From: Candidatus Peribacteria bacterium
Lineage (GTDB): Bacteria; Patescibacteriota; Gracilibacteria; Peribacterales; Peribacteraceae
Assembly: GCA_943350395.1 (NCBI GenBank)
Contig: CALRAD010000003.1
Span: 20,747 to 84,746, forward strand
Direction: 5' to 3'
Length of the DNA stretch: 64,000 nt
The position numbers and the translations under genes are program-made. Below are positions 46,311-55,823 of this stretch, piece after piece. Under the pieces are notes generated by a model, which was not told the DNA's origin, did no database searches, and worked only from the letters and a program-made list of their open reading frames with translations. The number at the start of each line of letters is the position of its first letter. The stretch's first letter is position 1.

Positions 46311-47282
46311 ATGCAATACTCCGTTTCTTCTCACACATGGCAGCAATATCTCGATGATTTTCTCGTAGTGAAGCCGGAAAAACCTTTGGTTGTTCTTCTC
46401 GGTCCTACGGCAAGCGGTAAAACTTCGCTTTCGATACATATGGCAAAGTATCTAGAATCTCAAAAACAATCTGCCGAGATTATCAATGCCGATTCGAGAC
46501 AGTGTTACAAATTTCTGGATATCGGTACGGCAAAGATCACGCAGAAAGAAATGCAGGGCGTTGCGCACCATCTTCTCGATCTTCTCGATCCTAAAGAGGA
46601 TTGCACGATCTCGTGGTATGCAAACGAGGCAACGAAGGCGATCGAGGCAATTCTCGCACGAGGCAATCTGCCAATGCTCGTCGGAGGTTCGATGCTCTAT
46701 ATCAGTGCGATTATCGACGGACTCCAGTCGATGACGGCATCGGATCCTGCAATTCGAAAACGATTGTCGGATGAATATGATGTTGATCAAGGGGCTGCGT
46801 TGCATGCGAAACTTTCGAACGTCGATCCGGAATCTGCAGCGATCATCCCGAGGCAAAACAAAGTGTATCTTTTGCGTGCTCTCGAAATTTTCGAGACCAC
46901 GGGCAAACCGAAGTCGGCTCAGAAGTTGAAGAGTGAATGCCCGTACGATTTGTTGTTGCTTGGTGTCGAAGCTGACCCCGAGGTTCTTCGAACGCGTATC
47001 GATGCTCGCACTGCTGCGATGCTGAAATCTGGTTGGCTCGAAGAAGTGAAGTCGTTACTCGATCGTGGGTATACGGCAGCAGATCCTGGGATGAAGAGTC
47101 ATGGGTACAGAGATATTATTGAGGCACTGAACGGTCCTCATCCCCCGACCCCTTCTCCATCGGCTGGAGAAGGGGAGCTCTGCGAAAAAATCGCGAGTCA
47201 GATTCGTCGCTACGCAAAAAGGCAGCGAACGTGGTGGAGAGGGGATGAGAGAATCAGGTGGATTGACAAAAATAATAAATAG
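46311..47282 (+). CDS. miaA: tRNA dimethylallyltransferase
   Basis: Motifs GPTASGKT, INADSRQ, DIGTAK, VGGSMLY, RALE, RYAKRQRTW. TATGAT lies 7 nt before ATG 46311. Confidence 0.96.
   Translation: MQYSVSSHTWQQYLDDFLVVKPEKPLVVLLGPTASGKTSLSIHMAKYLESQKQSAEIINADSRQCYKFLDIGTAKITQKEMQGVAHHLLDLLDPKEDCTISWYANEATKAIEAILARGNLPMLVGGSMLYISAIIDGLQSMTASDPAIRKRLSDEYDVDQGAALHAKLSNVDPESAAIIPRQNKVYLLRALEIFETTGKPKSAQKLKSECPYDLLLLGVEADPEVLRTRIDARTAAMLKSGWLEEVKSLLDRGYTAADPGMKSHGYRDIIEALNGPHPPTPSPSAGEGELCEKIASQIRRYAKRQRTWWRGDERIRWIDKNNK
47133..47178 (+). repeat. BoxC-like palindrome located in frame inside miaA
   Basis: GGTCCTCATCCCCCGACCCCTTCTCCATCGGCTGGAGAAGGGGAGC; closely matches the rev-comp of 27831-27877. 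Confidence 0.85.
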
Positions 47283-47298
47283 AGTTATTATAAATTAT

Positions 47299-48072
47299 AT
47301 GGCAACAGAGTATGACCCAGGGACTCCAGCGGCCCGTTGCAAATATAGGCGTCTATCATCCAATGAAAGTGAGGTTGTCGCAAAATTTGCGGCATTAACG
47401 GACGAGGAGAGAACACAGATTCGGGAGTTGTTCGGATCGAGAGATTCGAGAGCCAGAGAGATTGTTGAATGTAGAATTCTCCACAATCCAGATCGCACGC
47501 TTGAAAGTCTCGGTGAACAATTCGATGTCAAAGCGGAACGCATTCGTGTCCAGCAAAATAATGTACTGCATCAGCTTGATGATTTTTTACTGCAGCGAGA
47601 ATATGCACTGTTGAGAGACACACCTGAACAGGTGTCTGTACTGAGTATTCGGTCGCTTGGTTTATCCAACAGAGGATGTCAGATTCTTCAGCGCTTAGGG
47701 TATGTCACGGTCGGTGATCTAAAACCACTGCAAGGGAGCCGTTATATTTGCCCCGCTTTAGGAAAGGACGATCAGGAAATTTTTCGAACCAAAATGACCG
47801 AATTAGGTTACATGCAGTATCCCGTTCGGGTTCATCAAATGCCGGAGCAGGATCCGTACAATGGTCCGAGACAACAGGTGCTTGATCGGGAAATTTCGAG
47901 ATTTCCTCTGTCCGTTCGAGCACGGAGAGCTGTCAGTCGGAAGAGTTGTATGACCGTTCGTGATTTTCTTGCTGTGAGTTCTTCTGATTTTCGTTCCCTT
48001 GCAGGAATCGGAGATACAACACAGATGGAACTTGACGCTTTTCGTCAGCAGGTTCTTTCAATCCCGGAATAG
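47299..48072 (+). CDS. Sigma-70 region 4 plus two RNA polymerase alpha-CTD-like domains
   Basis: RTLESLGEQFDVKAERIRVQQ (sigma4 HTH); IRSLGLSNRGCQILQRLGYVTVGDL and LSVRARRAV...TVRDF...GIGDTT (alphaCTD HhH). Promoter TTGACA-17-TATTAT-7nt-ATG. Confidence 0.8.
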   Translation: MATEYDPGTPAARCKYRRLSSNESEVVAKFAALTDEERTQIRELFGSRDSRAREIVECRILHNPDRTLESLGEQFDVKAERIRVQQNNVLHQLDDFLLQREYALLRDTPEQVSVLSIRSLGLSNRGCQILQRLGYVTVGDLKPLQGSRYICPALGKDDQEIFRTKMTELGYMQYPVRVHQMPEQDPYNGPRQQVLDREISRFPLSVRARRAVSRKSCMTVRDFLAVSSSDFRSLAGIGDTTQMELDAFRQQVLSIPE

Positions 48073-48185
48073 TGATTCTTTTATCAGCGCGCCCCGAACG
48101 GGTGCTCCCATTGATGAATATTTTCTTCAATGAAAGAAAATCTTTCTCTCAAAGGAGAGCGGGCATTCTGCCCGCGGTGTTTCGA

Positions 48186-48572
48186 TCAAAACTTGAACAC
48201 ATCCGCATGGCTCTCGATTCTCTGTTTCATCTCCCAGAGCTGTTCGATCATGTTCGCAAGCTGTGGGCAGGCATCCGGAGTCTGCTTGGATTTGTAGAAG
48301 CCGTAGATATGCTCCAGAAGCGTTGCGATATTCAGCATCGCGAGATCCGTCTTCGTTTTCCACTCGGGAGCGAGGGTGTTGTACACCTCTTTATTCAGAA
48401 ATGATTCCGGCTGCGTGATGTCGATCTCACCGTTCTCGAAGAGCTTTGTGATCGTGATGCAGAAATTCTTGTGCTCGTCTCCCATATCGCCGCCCATGGG
48501 TGTTCCGGCTTTCTTCTGCTCCGCTTCGGAGAGAGGCGAGGGGTTTGCCATAGAGGAAGCGAAGTCGGACAT
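48186..48572 (-). CDS. Hypothetical protein
   Basis: Divergent from recG. Start chosen from TACACT 8 nt upstream. Confidence 0.7.
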   Translation of the reverse strand: MSDFASSMANPSPLSEAEQKKAGTPMGGDMGDEHKNFCITITKLFENGEIDITQPESFLNKEVYNTLAPEWKTKTDLAMLNIATLLEHIYGFYKSKQTPDACPQLANMIEQLWEMKQRIESHADVFKF

Positions 48573-48598
48573 CAGGAGAGAGTGTATCATAATTCTAC

Positions 48599-50644
48599 GT
48601 GCACTTCTCCGATCTCCTCACTCCGGCACGTCTCAGGACAACGCAGGCATTCGTTGATGCACTGGAAGCGATGAATATAAAAACCGTTCAAGACCTCCTG
48701 CTCAATTTTCCAAGAGCGTACGAAGATCTGAGTCAGGTCACGACGATTCTCGATGCGCCGCTCAATGAAAAAGTCACGTTACGGGGCACGATCGGCAACC
48801 TCAAGCTCGTGCGGACGAGAACCAGAAAGCAGCTTGTGCAGGCGAAATTCAGTGATGAGACGGGAGAGACGCTCGACACCATTTGGTTCAATCAGCCACA
48901 CATTATGAGGATGCTTTCGGAAGGTCAGTCGGTGACGCTTACGGGCAAGATTTCAGAGAACGGATACAAGCTCCAGATGCAGAGTCCGAGTTTCGAGGAT
49001 GGCAGTCGCCAGATGACGCTGCACGCGGGGAGGATTGTCGCGGTGTATGCGCAATCCGAACAGATCACGACACGGTGGCTTCGGGAGAAAATGGCGCTCG
49101 TCAAAGATTGTATTCAGGAACTGAAGGAAACATTGCCAGCAGACATTGTTGAATCCGAGAAGCTCCTTCCGAGAAGTGATGCGATTCTCGAACTTCATTT
49201 TCCGACAACTCCTGAAAAATTGGAGGAAGCGAGAGCGCGTATGGCATTCGAAGAGATGTATGCTGTGCAGATCGAGGCGCTCGAGAGAAAGAAAGTGTGG
49301 CAGGGGGAGAAGCAGGAGAGACTGAAAGTTCCGATGGACATCGAACTTGTGAAAGCGTTCTTCGCGTCACTTAATTTCACACCGACCGGAGGCCAGAAAG
49401 TTGCCATCTACGAAATTCTCAAGGACATGGAACAAGACCGACCGATGTCACGGCTTCTCGAGGGTGATGTCGGATCCGGAAAGACGCTCGTCGCCGTCGC
49501 CGTCATCGAAAATGTGCTGAGTAGACGCGGTCAGTGTGCCATCATGGTGCCGACTGAAGTGCTCGCAAGGCAACACAGCGCGACGATCACGAGGTTACTT
49601 CTCAATTTTCATACGTACATTCAGAGTGATGCTTGCTCGAGTGCAGGGATCAAAGCTGAACATCTCAAGACAATGCGTGCTCCGAGCGTTGCTCTCCTGA
49701 CGGGTTCCGTCCCGCAGTCCGAGGCGGAAGAGATTCGGCGCAGGCTCGCATCGGGTCTTATCGATGTCGTCATCGGCACGCATGCACTTATCGAAGATAC
49801 GGTGCAATTCAAAGATCTCCGCCTTGCGATCGTCGACGAACAGCATCGTTTCGGTGTGGCACAGAGGCAGCGCCTGAAAGACAAAGGCAATCCGCATTTT
49901 CTTGCGATGACGGCGACCCCGATTCCGAGAACACTCGCTCTCACGGCGTACGGAGATCACGATCTGTCGGTTCTTCTCGAGAAACCGGGACAGCGTAAAA
50001 AAATCATCACGAAGGTCGTTTCCCCAAGAGAGAGGCATACGGTCGATCTCTTCATCGACCATCAGATCGGGGAGGGGAGGCAGGCGTATGTCATCTGTCC
50101 TCTCATCTCGGAATCCAAGGCGGACGAGATGGCAGAGATCAAGAATGTTGAAGCTGAAGAGAAGCGTCTGAAGGTCGAGTTTCCGAGGCGCAGAATCACC
50201 AAGCTGCACGGCAAGATGTCGCCGGATGAAAAGAATGCCGTGATGGCGGAATTCAAGGATAGGCAGTTCGATATTCTCGTGTCTACATCAGTTATTGAAG
50301 TCGGCATCGATGTTCCAAACAGCACAATCATTGTGATCGAAGGAGCGGAGAGGTTCGGACTGTCGCAGCTCCATCAGTTTCGAGGACGAGTCGGAAGAAG
50401 CGATATCCAGAGTTACTGCTACCTGTTCACAACGTCAGCCTCGCAGGCGCATTCCGAGCGTCTGAAAGCCATGGAACAGCATGATTCCGGCTTCCTGCTT
50501 GCGGAAATCGACCTGAAGATCCGGGGACCCGGGGAGCTCTTCGGCACGCGCCAGAGTGGCATTCCGGATCTCCGGTTCGGCGGACTGCTGAATGTCGATT
50601 TGGTGGTGAGAGCGAGAAAGGCGGCGCAGAAAATGCTATCATGA
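48599..50644 (+). CDS. recG: ATP-dependent DNA helicase RecG
   Basis: Wedge domain; motifs RLLEGDVGSGKT, DEQHRFG, MTATPIPRT, QLHQFRGRVGR, RGPGE. Confidence 0.97.
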   Translation: MHFSDLLTPARLRTTQAFVDALEAMNIKTVQDLLLNFPRAYEDLSQVTTILDAPLNEKVTLRGTIGNLKLVRTRTRKQLVQAKFSDETGETLDTIWFNQPHIMRMLSEGQSVTLTGKISENGYKLQMQSPSFEDGSRQMTLHAGRIVAVYAQSEQITTRWLREKMALVKDCIQELKETLPADIVESEKLLPRSDAILELHFPTTPEKLEEARARMAFEEMYAVQIEALERKKVWQGEKQERLKVPMDIELVKAFFASLNFTPTGGQKVAIYEILKDMEQDRPMSRLLEGDVGSGKTLVAVAVIENVLSRRGQCAIMVPTEVLARQHSATITRLLLNFHTYIQSDACSSAGIKAEHLKTMRAPSVALLTGSVPQSEAEEIRRRLASGLIDVVIGTHALIEDTVQFKDLRLAIVDEQHRFGVAQRQRLKDKGNPHFLAMTATPIPRTLALTAYGDHDLSVLLEKPGQRKKIITKVVSPRERHTVDLFIDHQIGEGRQAYVICPLISESKADEMAEIKNVEAEEKRLKVEFPRRRITKLHGKMSPDEKNAVMAEFKDRQFDILVSTSVIEVGIDVPNSTIIVIEGAERFGLSQLHQFRGRVGRSDIQSYCYLFTTSASQAHSERLKAMEQHDSGFLLAEIDLKIRGPGELFGTRQSGIPDLRFGGLLNVDLVVRARKAAQKMLS

Positions 50645-50648
50645 TGTT

Positions 50649-51011
50649 ATGCCGATTGAACTCACATCCACACAGCTCGATCTGGCGGAGAAGCTGTCGC
50701 AGCACTCGAAAGATGCCTGCGAGCTCGTGGACCTCAAGTGTCAGAAGTGTGAGCCGAAGAATTTTTATCTGACTGTGCACCGTTATTACGGCAGAGTGCA
50801 GGGGATGACGGCAGAAGTCGATCGTTGCATTGACTGGTGCATGAGCAAAGGGAAGATGGTCTTTACCGCACAGCGTTTCGGCAACTGGTGCCAGAACAAA
50901 GTGAAGTGGGATAGGGAGGAGGAGATCAAGAAGCAGGAAATGGCAAAGCTGAAAACAGGAACTGTCTATCAGCAGGAAGATTACGCAAGACGGATGATGC
51001 CGAGAGGTTAG
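50649..51011 (+). CDS. Hypothetical protein (120 aa, Cys/Trp-rich)
   Basis: TATCAT 6 nt before the ATG; CIDWC...RFGNW. Confidence 0.7.
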   Translation: MPIELTSTQLDLAEKLSQHSKDACELVDLKCQKCEPKNFYLTVHRYYGRVQGMTAEVDRCIDWCMSKGKMVFTAQRFGNWCQNKVKWDREEEIKKQEMAKLKTGTVYQQEDYARRMMPRG

Positions 51012-52357
51012 TGCTCTTCTTTTCGTGCAAACCACACGCAGACCGTGAGCATGAGCATCGCCGCCGGGATCATCATCTGTCTGTAGTACGATTCTGCGTT
51101 CAGAAGAAATTGCACATTCGGAGTGAAGAGGTACACGAAGAGCACTTCGACAAGGACGATAAGCCCCCATACGATTGGCAGAAGTTCTCTGCGATGTTCA
51201 TTCTTTCGAAGCACTTCGACGATCATCCACGGAATTGCGACCGCTAGTACGGTCCATGCGATGCCGAACGAACCGCGATCGAACATCCCGCGAAGCACCT
51301 CCGGGATGCCTTCCGGACGGAAGGCGAAGAGCGTGTCGCTGCCGTGTGGCGTGAGCAGAAGTCCTTTGCTGATTGCGAAGAGGGGCCAGGCAATGGAGAG
51401 TACGATCGCGAGTGCGCCGCTCTGCACTGCTTCTTTTCTCTGCTTCTTCATGAACATCAAAATGCCGAAGATGAGGAGCAGCCACGGCAGCAGACCGAAG
51501 ATCAATCCTTCGGATTTCGTCCACACGCTTGCGGCGACAAAAATACCGGAAAGCCAAAGCCATGCAGGATCATCCTTCTTGTTCCATGCCAGAAGACATG
51601 CAAGCGACAGAAGAAGTTCCTGCACCAAAACAATATCCGCGTAGCCTTGCCCCAGATGCAGCGAGAGGAGGGGAATACCGAGGATCATCGTCAGTGTGAT
51701 CAGGGCATTCGTTCTCGTGAGGAAGCCTCGGAGGATCAGGAAAATTCCAAGGAAGCTCGAGAGAGACAGGAGCCAGAGGATTGCATTGGCGGCCGTATCA
51801 TGCCATCTCGGCTGTCCTTGATTCACAGTGATCTGCAATGCATGAAACAGGAATGGGTACTGCGGTTTCGCCATGCCTCTCACTTCGTCTTTGTCGAACG
51901 CAATTTTTTGGTCAACGAAAGAAATCTCGGAACGCATTGTCCAGTTCGTCGCACTGTCATACTGGAATGTCGGGAGTAGCACCGCGTGCGCGAAGCTGTA
52001 GATCATCGTGACTGCGATGAGTGTAATGCAGACAATGCCGAGGATGTTCTCGCTTTTGTCTTCTTTTGATGTCGGAAGATGCTCATGTGTTCGGCTTGAG
52101 ACGGGAATTTTGCGAGCGATGAGAGCCAAGATGCCGATTATGATTCCATGAGGCAGCAGAAGACTCATCGGTGTCAGCGCGACGCCGAGCAGAGTCCAGT
52201 CGAAGACAATCAGGACATTCAGGAATGCTGCGATCGGAAGGCCGAGCGAGAGAAGAAGCCACAGTCGATTTGTTCTGAGGATCACGCGTGCGATCAGCGC
52301 TCCTTCCAAAAGCAAGAGCAGCGTGATATCGGTGAAGAACAGAAAAGACGTCATCAT
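51008..52357 (-). CDS. Polytopic membrane glycosyltransferase (GT-C/PMT-like)
   Basis: More than 10 TM segments; motifs YDS..NW, YPFL, GYADI, WTKSEG. Confidence 0.75.
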   Translation of the reverse strand: MMTSFLFFTDITLLLLLEGALIARVILRTNRLWLLLSLGLPIAAFLNVLIVFDWTLLGVALTPMSLLLPHGIIIGILALIARKIPVSSRTHEHLPTSKEDKSENILGIVCITLIAVTMIYSFAHAVLLPTFQYDSATNWTMRSEISFVDQKIAFDKDEVRGMAKPQYPFLFHALQITVNQGQPRWHDTAANAILWLLSLSSFLGIFLILRGFLTRTNALITLTMILGIPLLSLHLGQGYADIVLVQELLLSLACLLAWNKKDDPAWLWLSGIFVAASVWTKSEGLIFGLLPWLLLIFGILMFMKKQRKEAVQSGALAIVLSIAWPLFAISKGLLLTPHGSDTLFAFRPEGIPEVLRGMFDRGSFGIAWTVLAVAIPWMIVEVLRKNEHRRELLPIVWGLIVLVEVLFVYLFTPNVQFLLNAESYYRQMMIPAAMLMLTVCVWFARKEEH

Positions 52358-53430
52358 GTTTTCGGGGGAGGAGACAGTTTGAAGAGTATTTCACCGCTCG
52401 GGTACGTACTCAGCTTCTGCGCTTTGCTGTTCATCTCTCCGCATTTCACCGTCATCATGGTCTCGTCTTTCGTGATAGAGGTCTCGAAGCTCCATTTGAA
52501 TTTATCCATCACCACCGCATAGTCGGCGGAGTCTGCTGCGTCCGGCTCCGATGAAATCCGGATCGGGTAGCTGAAGTACCGGAGCAGCTTCTCTTTGAAG
52601 TTCGTTCCATCGCGACAGACGTAGACCGTCGTGTTCTTCGGTTCTTTCGCCAGCGACAAGAGCACCTCTGCAAGTGAGTGGACCGATCCTGCTTCGTCGT
52701 ACGTACCTTCCGCGTACTCCCTCGTGTGTTCTACCGTGTACTTGAGAAGATCGATGGCAAATCGTGCCTGATAGAGAAGGCTTCCGACGATCAGCGTCAT
52801 GAGAATGGTTTTTCTGCAGTGCTTGTTCGGGCTTAGAATACAGCAGAGAAGCACGACGATGATCGTCAGGATTGCAAGCATCACCGTAAACGAACGTCCG
52901 AGCATTCGGTAGCCCCGAAGCGCGTGATAGCTGCTTGGCGTATAGAATTCCTTGGTGAAAAGATGTCTGGTTGCTGCGATTGCGATGTTTTGTGAGCCCT
53001 CGGTTTTGAATTCAATCGAACTGAATGCCGCGTTTGTTTTTTCTTCTTTGCCAAGCAGATTGATGAGCCATTTCTGGTTCTTCATCGACCAACCGGGAGA
53101 CACCGTCAGATCGATTTGTATCGTTCCTTCCTCCGCGGCAGGCAGCGTAAATCGCATGTAGTCCGTCGGCACATAGCTTTCGTTTGCCTGCATCGGCACC
53201 ATGTAAATCTCGAGCGGATCGCTGCTTTGGTATGTGATTTCGAGGATTCCTCCCAGACCTTCGACGGTGGTCGAGGCACTGCTTTTCATCGTCATCAGCG
53301 CCTGTTCGAGCGTGTGCGATTCGTCTATCAACGCTGGCGTAATGTGCAGTGTCTGTGCGTGCACGAGGAAAGGCACAAACGCAGCGCAAAGCAGTGCGAG
53401 TGAGCCGGTGATGGTTTTCCCTGCAGGCAT
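52354..53430 (-). CDS. Exported/membrane hypothetical protein
   Basis: Signal peptide (..FLVHA-Q), beta-rich domain, 2 TM segments. ATGA-coupled to the GT-C gene. Confidence 0.75.
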   Translation of the reverse strand: MPAGKTITGSLALLCAAFVPFLVHAQTLHITPALIDESHTLEQALMTMKSSASTTVEGLGGILEITYQSSDPLEIYMVPMQANESYVPTDYMRFTLPAAEEGTIQIDLTVSPGWSMKNQKWLINLLGKEEKTNAAFSSIEFKTEGSQNIAIAATRHLFTKEFYTPSSYHALRGYRMLGRSFTVMLAILTIIVVLLCCILSPNKHCRKTILMTLIVGSLLYQARFAIDLLKYTVEHTREYAEGTYDEAGSVHSLAEVLLSLAKEPKNTTVYVCRDGTNFKEKLLRYFSYPIRISSEPDAADSADYAVVMDKFKWSFETSITKDETMMTVKCGEMNSKAQKLSTYPSGEILFKLSPPPKT

Positions 53431-53495
53431 AGCCTTGGGAAGATTGTACACTTTCTCCAGACTTCGGCTACAATGCGTTTCACTCTTCATTTTTT

Positions 53496-53891
53496 ATGCC
53501 AACCACCAAGCAAGATCTTTCGGCTCTTACGAAACTCGGCAAAACTTCGGCTCCTTCTCGCACACTCGAAGTGTTCCCGAGTCACGGAGCAAAGAATATG
53601 GAGGTAACGTTGCATTGCAGCGAATTCACCTGCGTGTGTCCGCTTACGGGTCAGCCGGATTTCGCGACCATCGATATTTCGTATGTTCCGAAAGACTTTA
53701 TCGTCGAATCGAAGTCGATGAAGCTGTATCTCGAGACATTCAGGAGCGTCGGCATCTTTCATGAGCACCTCGCTGTCGACATCGGCAAAGATTTTCTGAA
53801 GTTCGTGAAACCGAAATCAGTGTCAGTTACTGTTCATTTCAACGTTCGCGGAGGTATTGCGATTGATGCGAAATGGAGCCATGGATATTAG
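53496..53891 (+). CDS. queF: NADPH-dependent preQ0 reductase QueF (type I)
   Basis: EFTCVCPLTGQPDF, QueF motif VESKSMKLYL, FHE, RGGI. Confidence 0.93.
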   Translation: MPTTKQDLSALTKLGKTSAPSRTLEVFPSHGAKNMEVTLHCSEFTCVCPLTGQPDFATIDISYVPKDFIVESKSMKLYLETFRSVGIFHEHLAVDIGKDFLKFVKPKSVSVTVHFNVRGGIAIDAKWSHGY

Positions 53892-53919
53892 TATCGTAAA
53901 CCGCTACTCTATGCGCGTT

Positions 53920-53995
53920 CGGGACGTAGCTCAGTTGGTAGAGCGCCTGGTTTGGGACCAGGAGGCCGCGAGTTCGAGCCCCGCCGTCCCGACCA
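53920..53995 (+). tRNA. tRNA-Pro(TGG)
   Basis: CGGGACG...CCTGG-TTTGGGA-CCAGG...CGTCCCG-ACCA; one A-C mismatch in the T stem. Confidence 0.94.
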
Positions 53996-54001
53996 AAGAC
54001 A

Positions 54002-55771
54002 TTAAAACTTCTGCTTCTCCCACAGCTCAAAGAACCTCCCTCTCTTTGCGTACAGTTCGTCAAAGCTTCCCGATTCGATGATCTTTCCGCCCTCCAGGAC
54101 GAGAATGCGGTCCATTTCTTTGATGGTCGTGAGTCGGTGTGCGATAACGACCGCCGTGACGTTCTGGAAGAAACGATGCAGCGAATCTCTGATTTTCGCT
54201 TCGGACTCCAGATCGAGATGCGAGGTGGCTTCGTCGAGGAAGAGGATCTCCGGCTGCTTGAAGACTGCTCTCGCGATGCCGACGCGCTGCTTCTCGCCAC
54301 CGGAGAGTTTGATGCCTTTCTCTCCGATGAGTGTCGAGAGTCCGTTGGGCAAACGATCGAGGAAGTCTCGCACGTGAGCGGTTTCGATTGCCTGCGACAG
54401 GAGTGTTTTGTCTTCCGCATGGGAAATATTGGCGAGCGTGATGTTATCGAGCAGCGTGAAATTGAAGACTTCGGTGTCTTGGAGAACGACTGCGGTCTTC
54501 CGGAAGAAATCACTCCGACGGATGTCTCGAAGCGGTACGTCGCCGATTGCGATATTGCCAACGTAATTTTCGTGTTCCTTGAGAAGCAATTTGAAGAGCG
54601 TGGATTTGCCGGCGCCCGATACGCCGACGATGCCGATACGTTCGCCTCGTCGTATCGTGAAAGAAATTTCGTCGAGTACTTTCTGCTTGCCGTACGAGAA
54701 CGAGAGATTCGAAACGGCAATGCTGTTCCATGACACAGGGAACGACTGCTTGCCATGCTCTTCATCGATACGGACAGGCTCATGCAGGATATCGCGCATT
54801 CTCGAGATGCCGTACTTCGAGACGATGAAATCAAGGGAGAGATCCGAGAGTTGCTGGATCGATTCCCAAATGTAGTTGAAGTAGTTGAAGAAGAGCACTA
54901 AAAATCCGACGTCGCGTCTGCCATGAAAGACGTCGAGAGCGATGAAACACATGATGCCGACACGGAAGCACTGCGCCCAGAGATTGAGGACGATGTTTCG
55001 GATGCGGAAGCATCGAATGCGTACGAGGATTTTTTGGAAGAGATATTCGATATTTTTGCTGATGATGCCGAGGAGTCCTTCCTGCATGCCGAGAACTTTG
55101 ACGCTCCGGACATTGCTTAAGCCTTCGAATACGACACCTTGTAGTTCTTCATCAGCCGTATTCACCATGTGCTCTGCCCGCCCCGCCCGCCCTGTAAGAA
55201 CGTACGAGAATGTAAAATAGGTGAGGAGGAAGAAAAGCGTGGCTGCGCCCACGAACGGATCGAATGCGGCGAGGATTGGGATCATTCCTCCGAAGCGCAC
55301 GAATGCAGGGATGCCGGTCCGAAACCAGATGCGAGAAAGTCGGTTTATTCCTTCTGTTCCTCGTTGGATCTTCTTGAGCTTCGATCCTGCATTCTCTCTT
55401 TCATGCCATGTGAGATCGAGCCTGAAGAGGTGAGCGATTGTCGCAAGTTGCATGTTGAGTGCCGTACGCTCCGCGATGCGATTGCCGATGGCATCGACGA
55501 CCTGGTCACAGCTGTAGTGCCAGATTGATACGAGGACCCAGAGGATGAAGATTGTTCGGATCTTCTCCATCGTTCCTGCTCCGATGTCCTCGGTGAGAAG
55601 ATTCACGAGTGTCGCCATCGCAAACGGCGGATAGAGCCAGACGATTGCGCCGGTGAGTGCGAGCACGCAGGTACCGAGGAACGTCCAGCGACGTTTGCCC
55701 AAAAACTCCCAGAGATCGCGGATGAGCGCGATTGTCGAATATGCCGGCGTTTCAGTATTTTCCGTCCTCAT
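54002..55771 (-). CDS. ABC exporter, fused permease and ATP-binding domains (MsbA-like)
   Basis: TM domain plus GVSGAGKST, LSGGEKQR, LDEATSHLD, IAHRL. Confidence 0.93.
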   Translation of the reverse strand: MRTENTETPAYSTIALIRDLWEFLGKRRWTFLGTCVLALTGAIVWLYPPFAMATLVNLLTEDIGAGTMEKIRTIFILWVLVSIWHYSCDQVVDAIGNRIAERTALNMQLATIAHLFRLDLTWHERENAGSKLKKIQRGTEGINRLSRIWFRTGIPAFVRFGGMIPILAAFDPFVGAATLFFLLTYFTFSYVLTGRAGRAEHMVNTADEELQGVVFEGLSNVRSVKVLGMQEGLLGIISKNIEYLFQKILVRIRCFRIRNIVLNLWAQCFRVGIMCFIALDVFHGRRDVGFLVLFFNYFNYIWESIQQLSDLSLDFIVSKYGISRMRDILHEPVRIDEEHGKQSFPVSWNSIAVSNLSFSYGKQKVLDEISFTIRRGERIGIVGVSGAGKSTLFKLLLKEHENYVGNIAIGDVPLRDIRRSDFFRKTAVVLQDTEVFNFTLLDNITLANISHAEDKTLLSQAIETAHVRDFLDRLPNGLSTLIGEKGIKLSGGEKQRVGIARAVFKQPEILFLDEATSHLDLESEAKIRDSLHRFFQNVTAVVIAHRLTTIKEMDRILVLEGGKIIESGSFDELYAKRGRFFELWEKQKF

Positions 55772-55823
55772 GCACCGAGTCTACAGCAAGGCGCGAATGC
55801 CTGTCTGCGGCTATACTGAGCCT

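Noticed and set aside
53440-53495. preQ1 riboswitch upstream of queF or queE
   Set aside because: No AGAGGTTCTAG-type stem-loop with an A-rich tail; queE appears to be leaderless.
53968-53984. A-C mismatch in the tRNA-Pro(TGG) T stem as evidence of editing or a pseudogene
   Set aside because: A single mismatch in an otherwise canonical tRNA is common and not informative alone.
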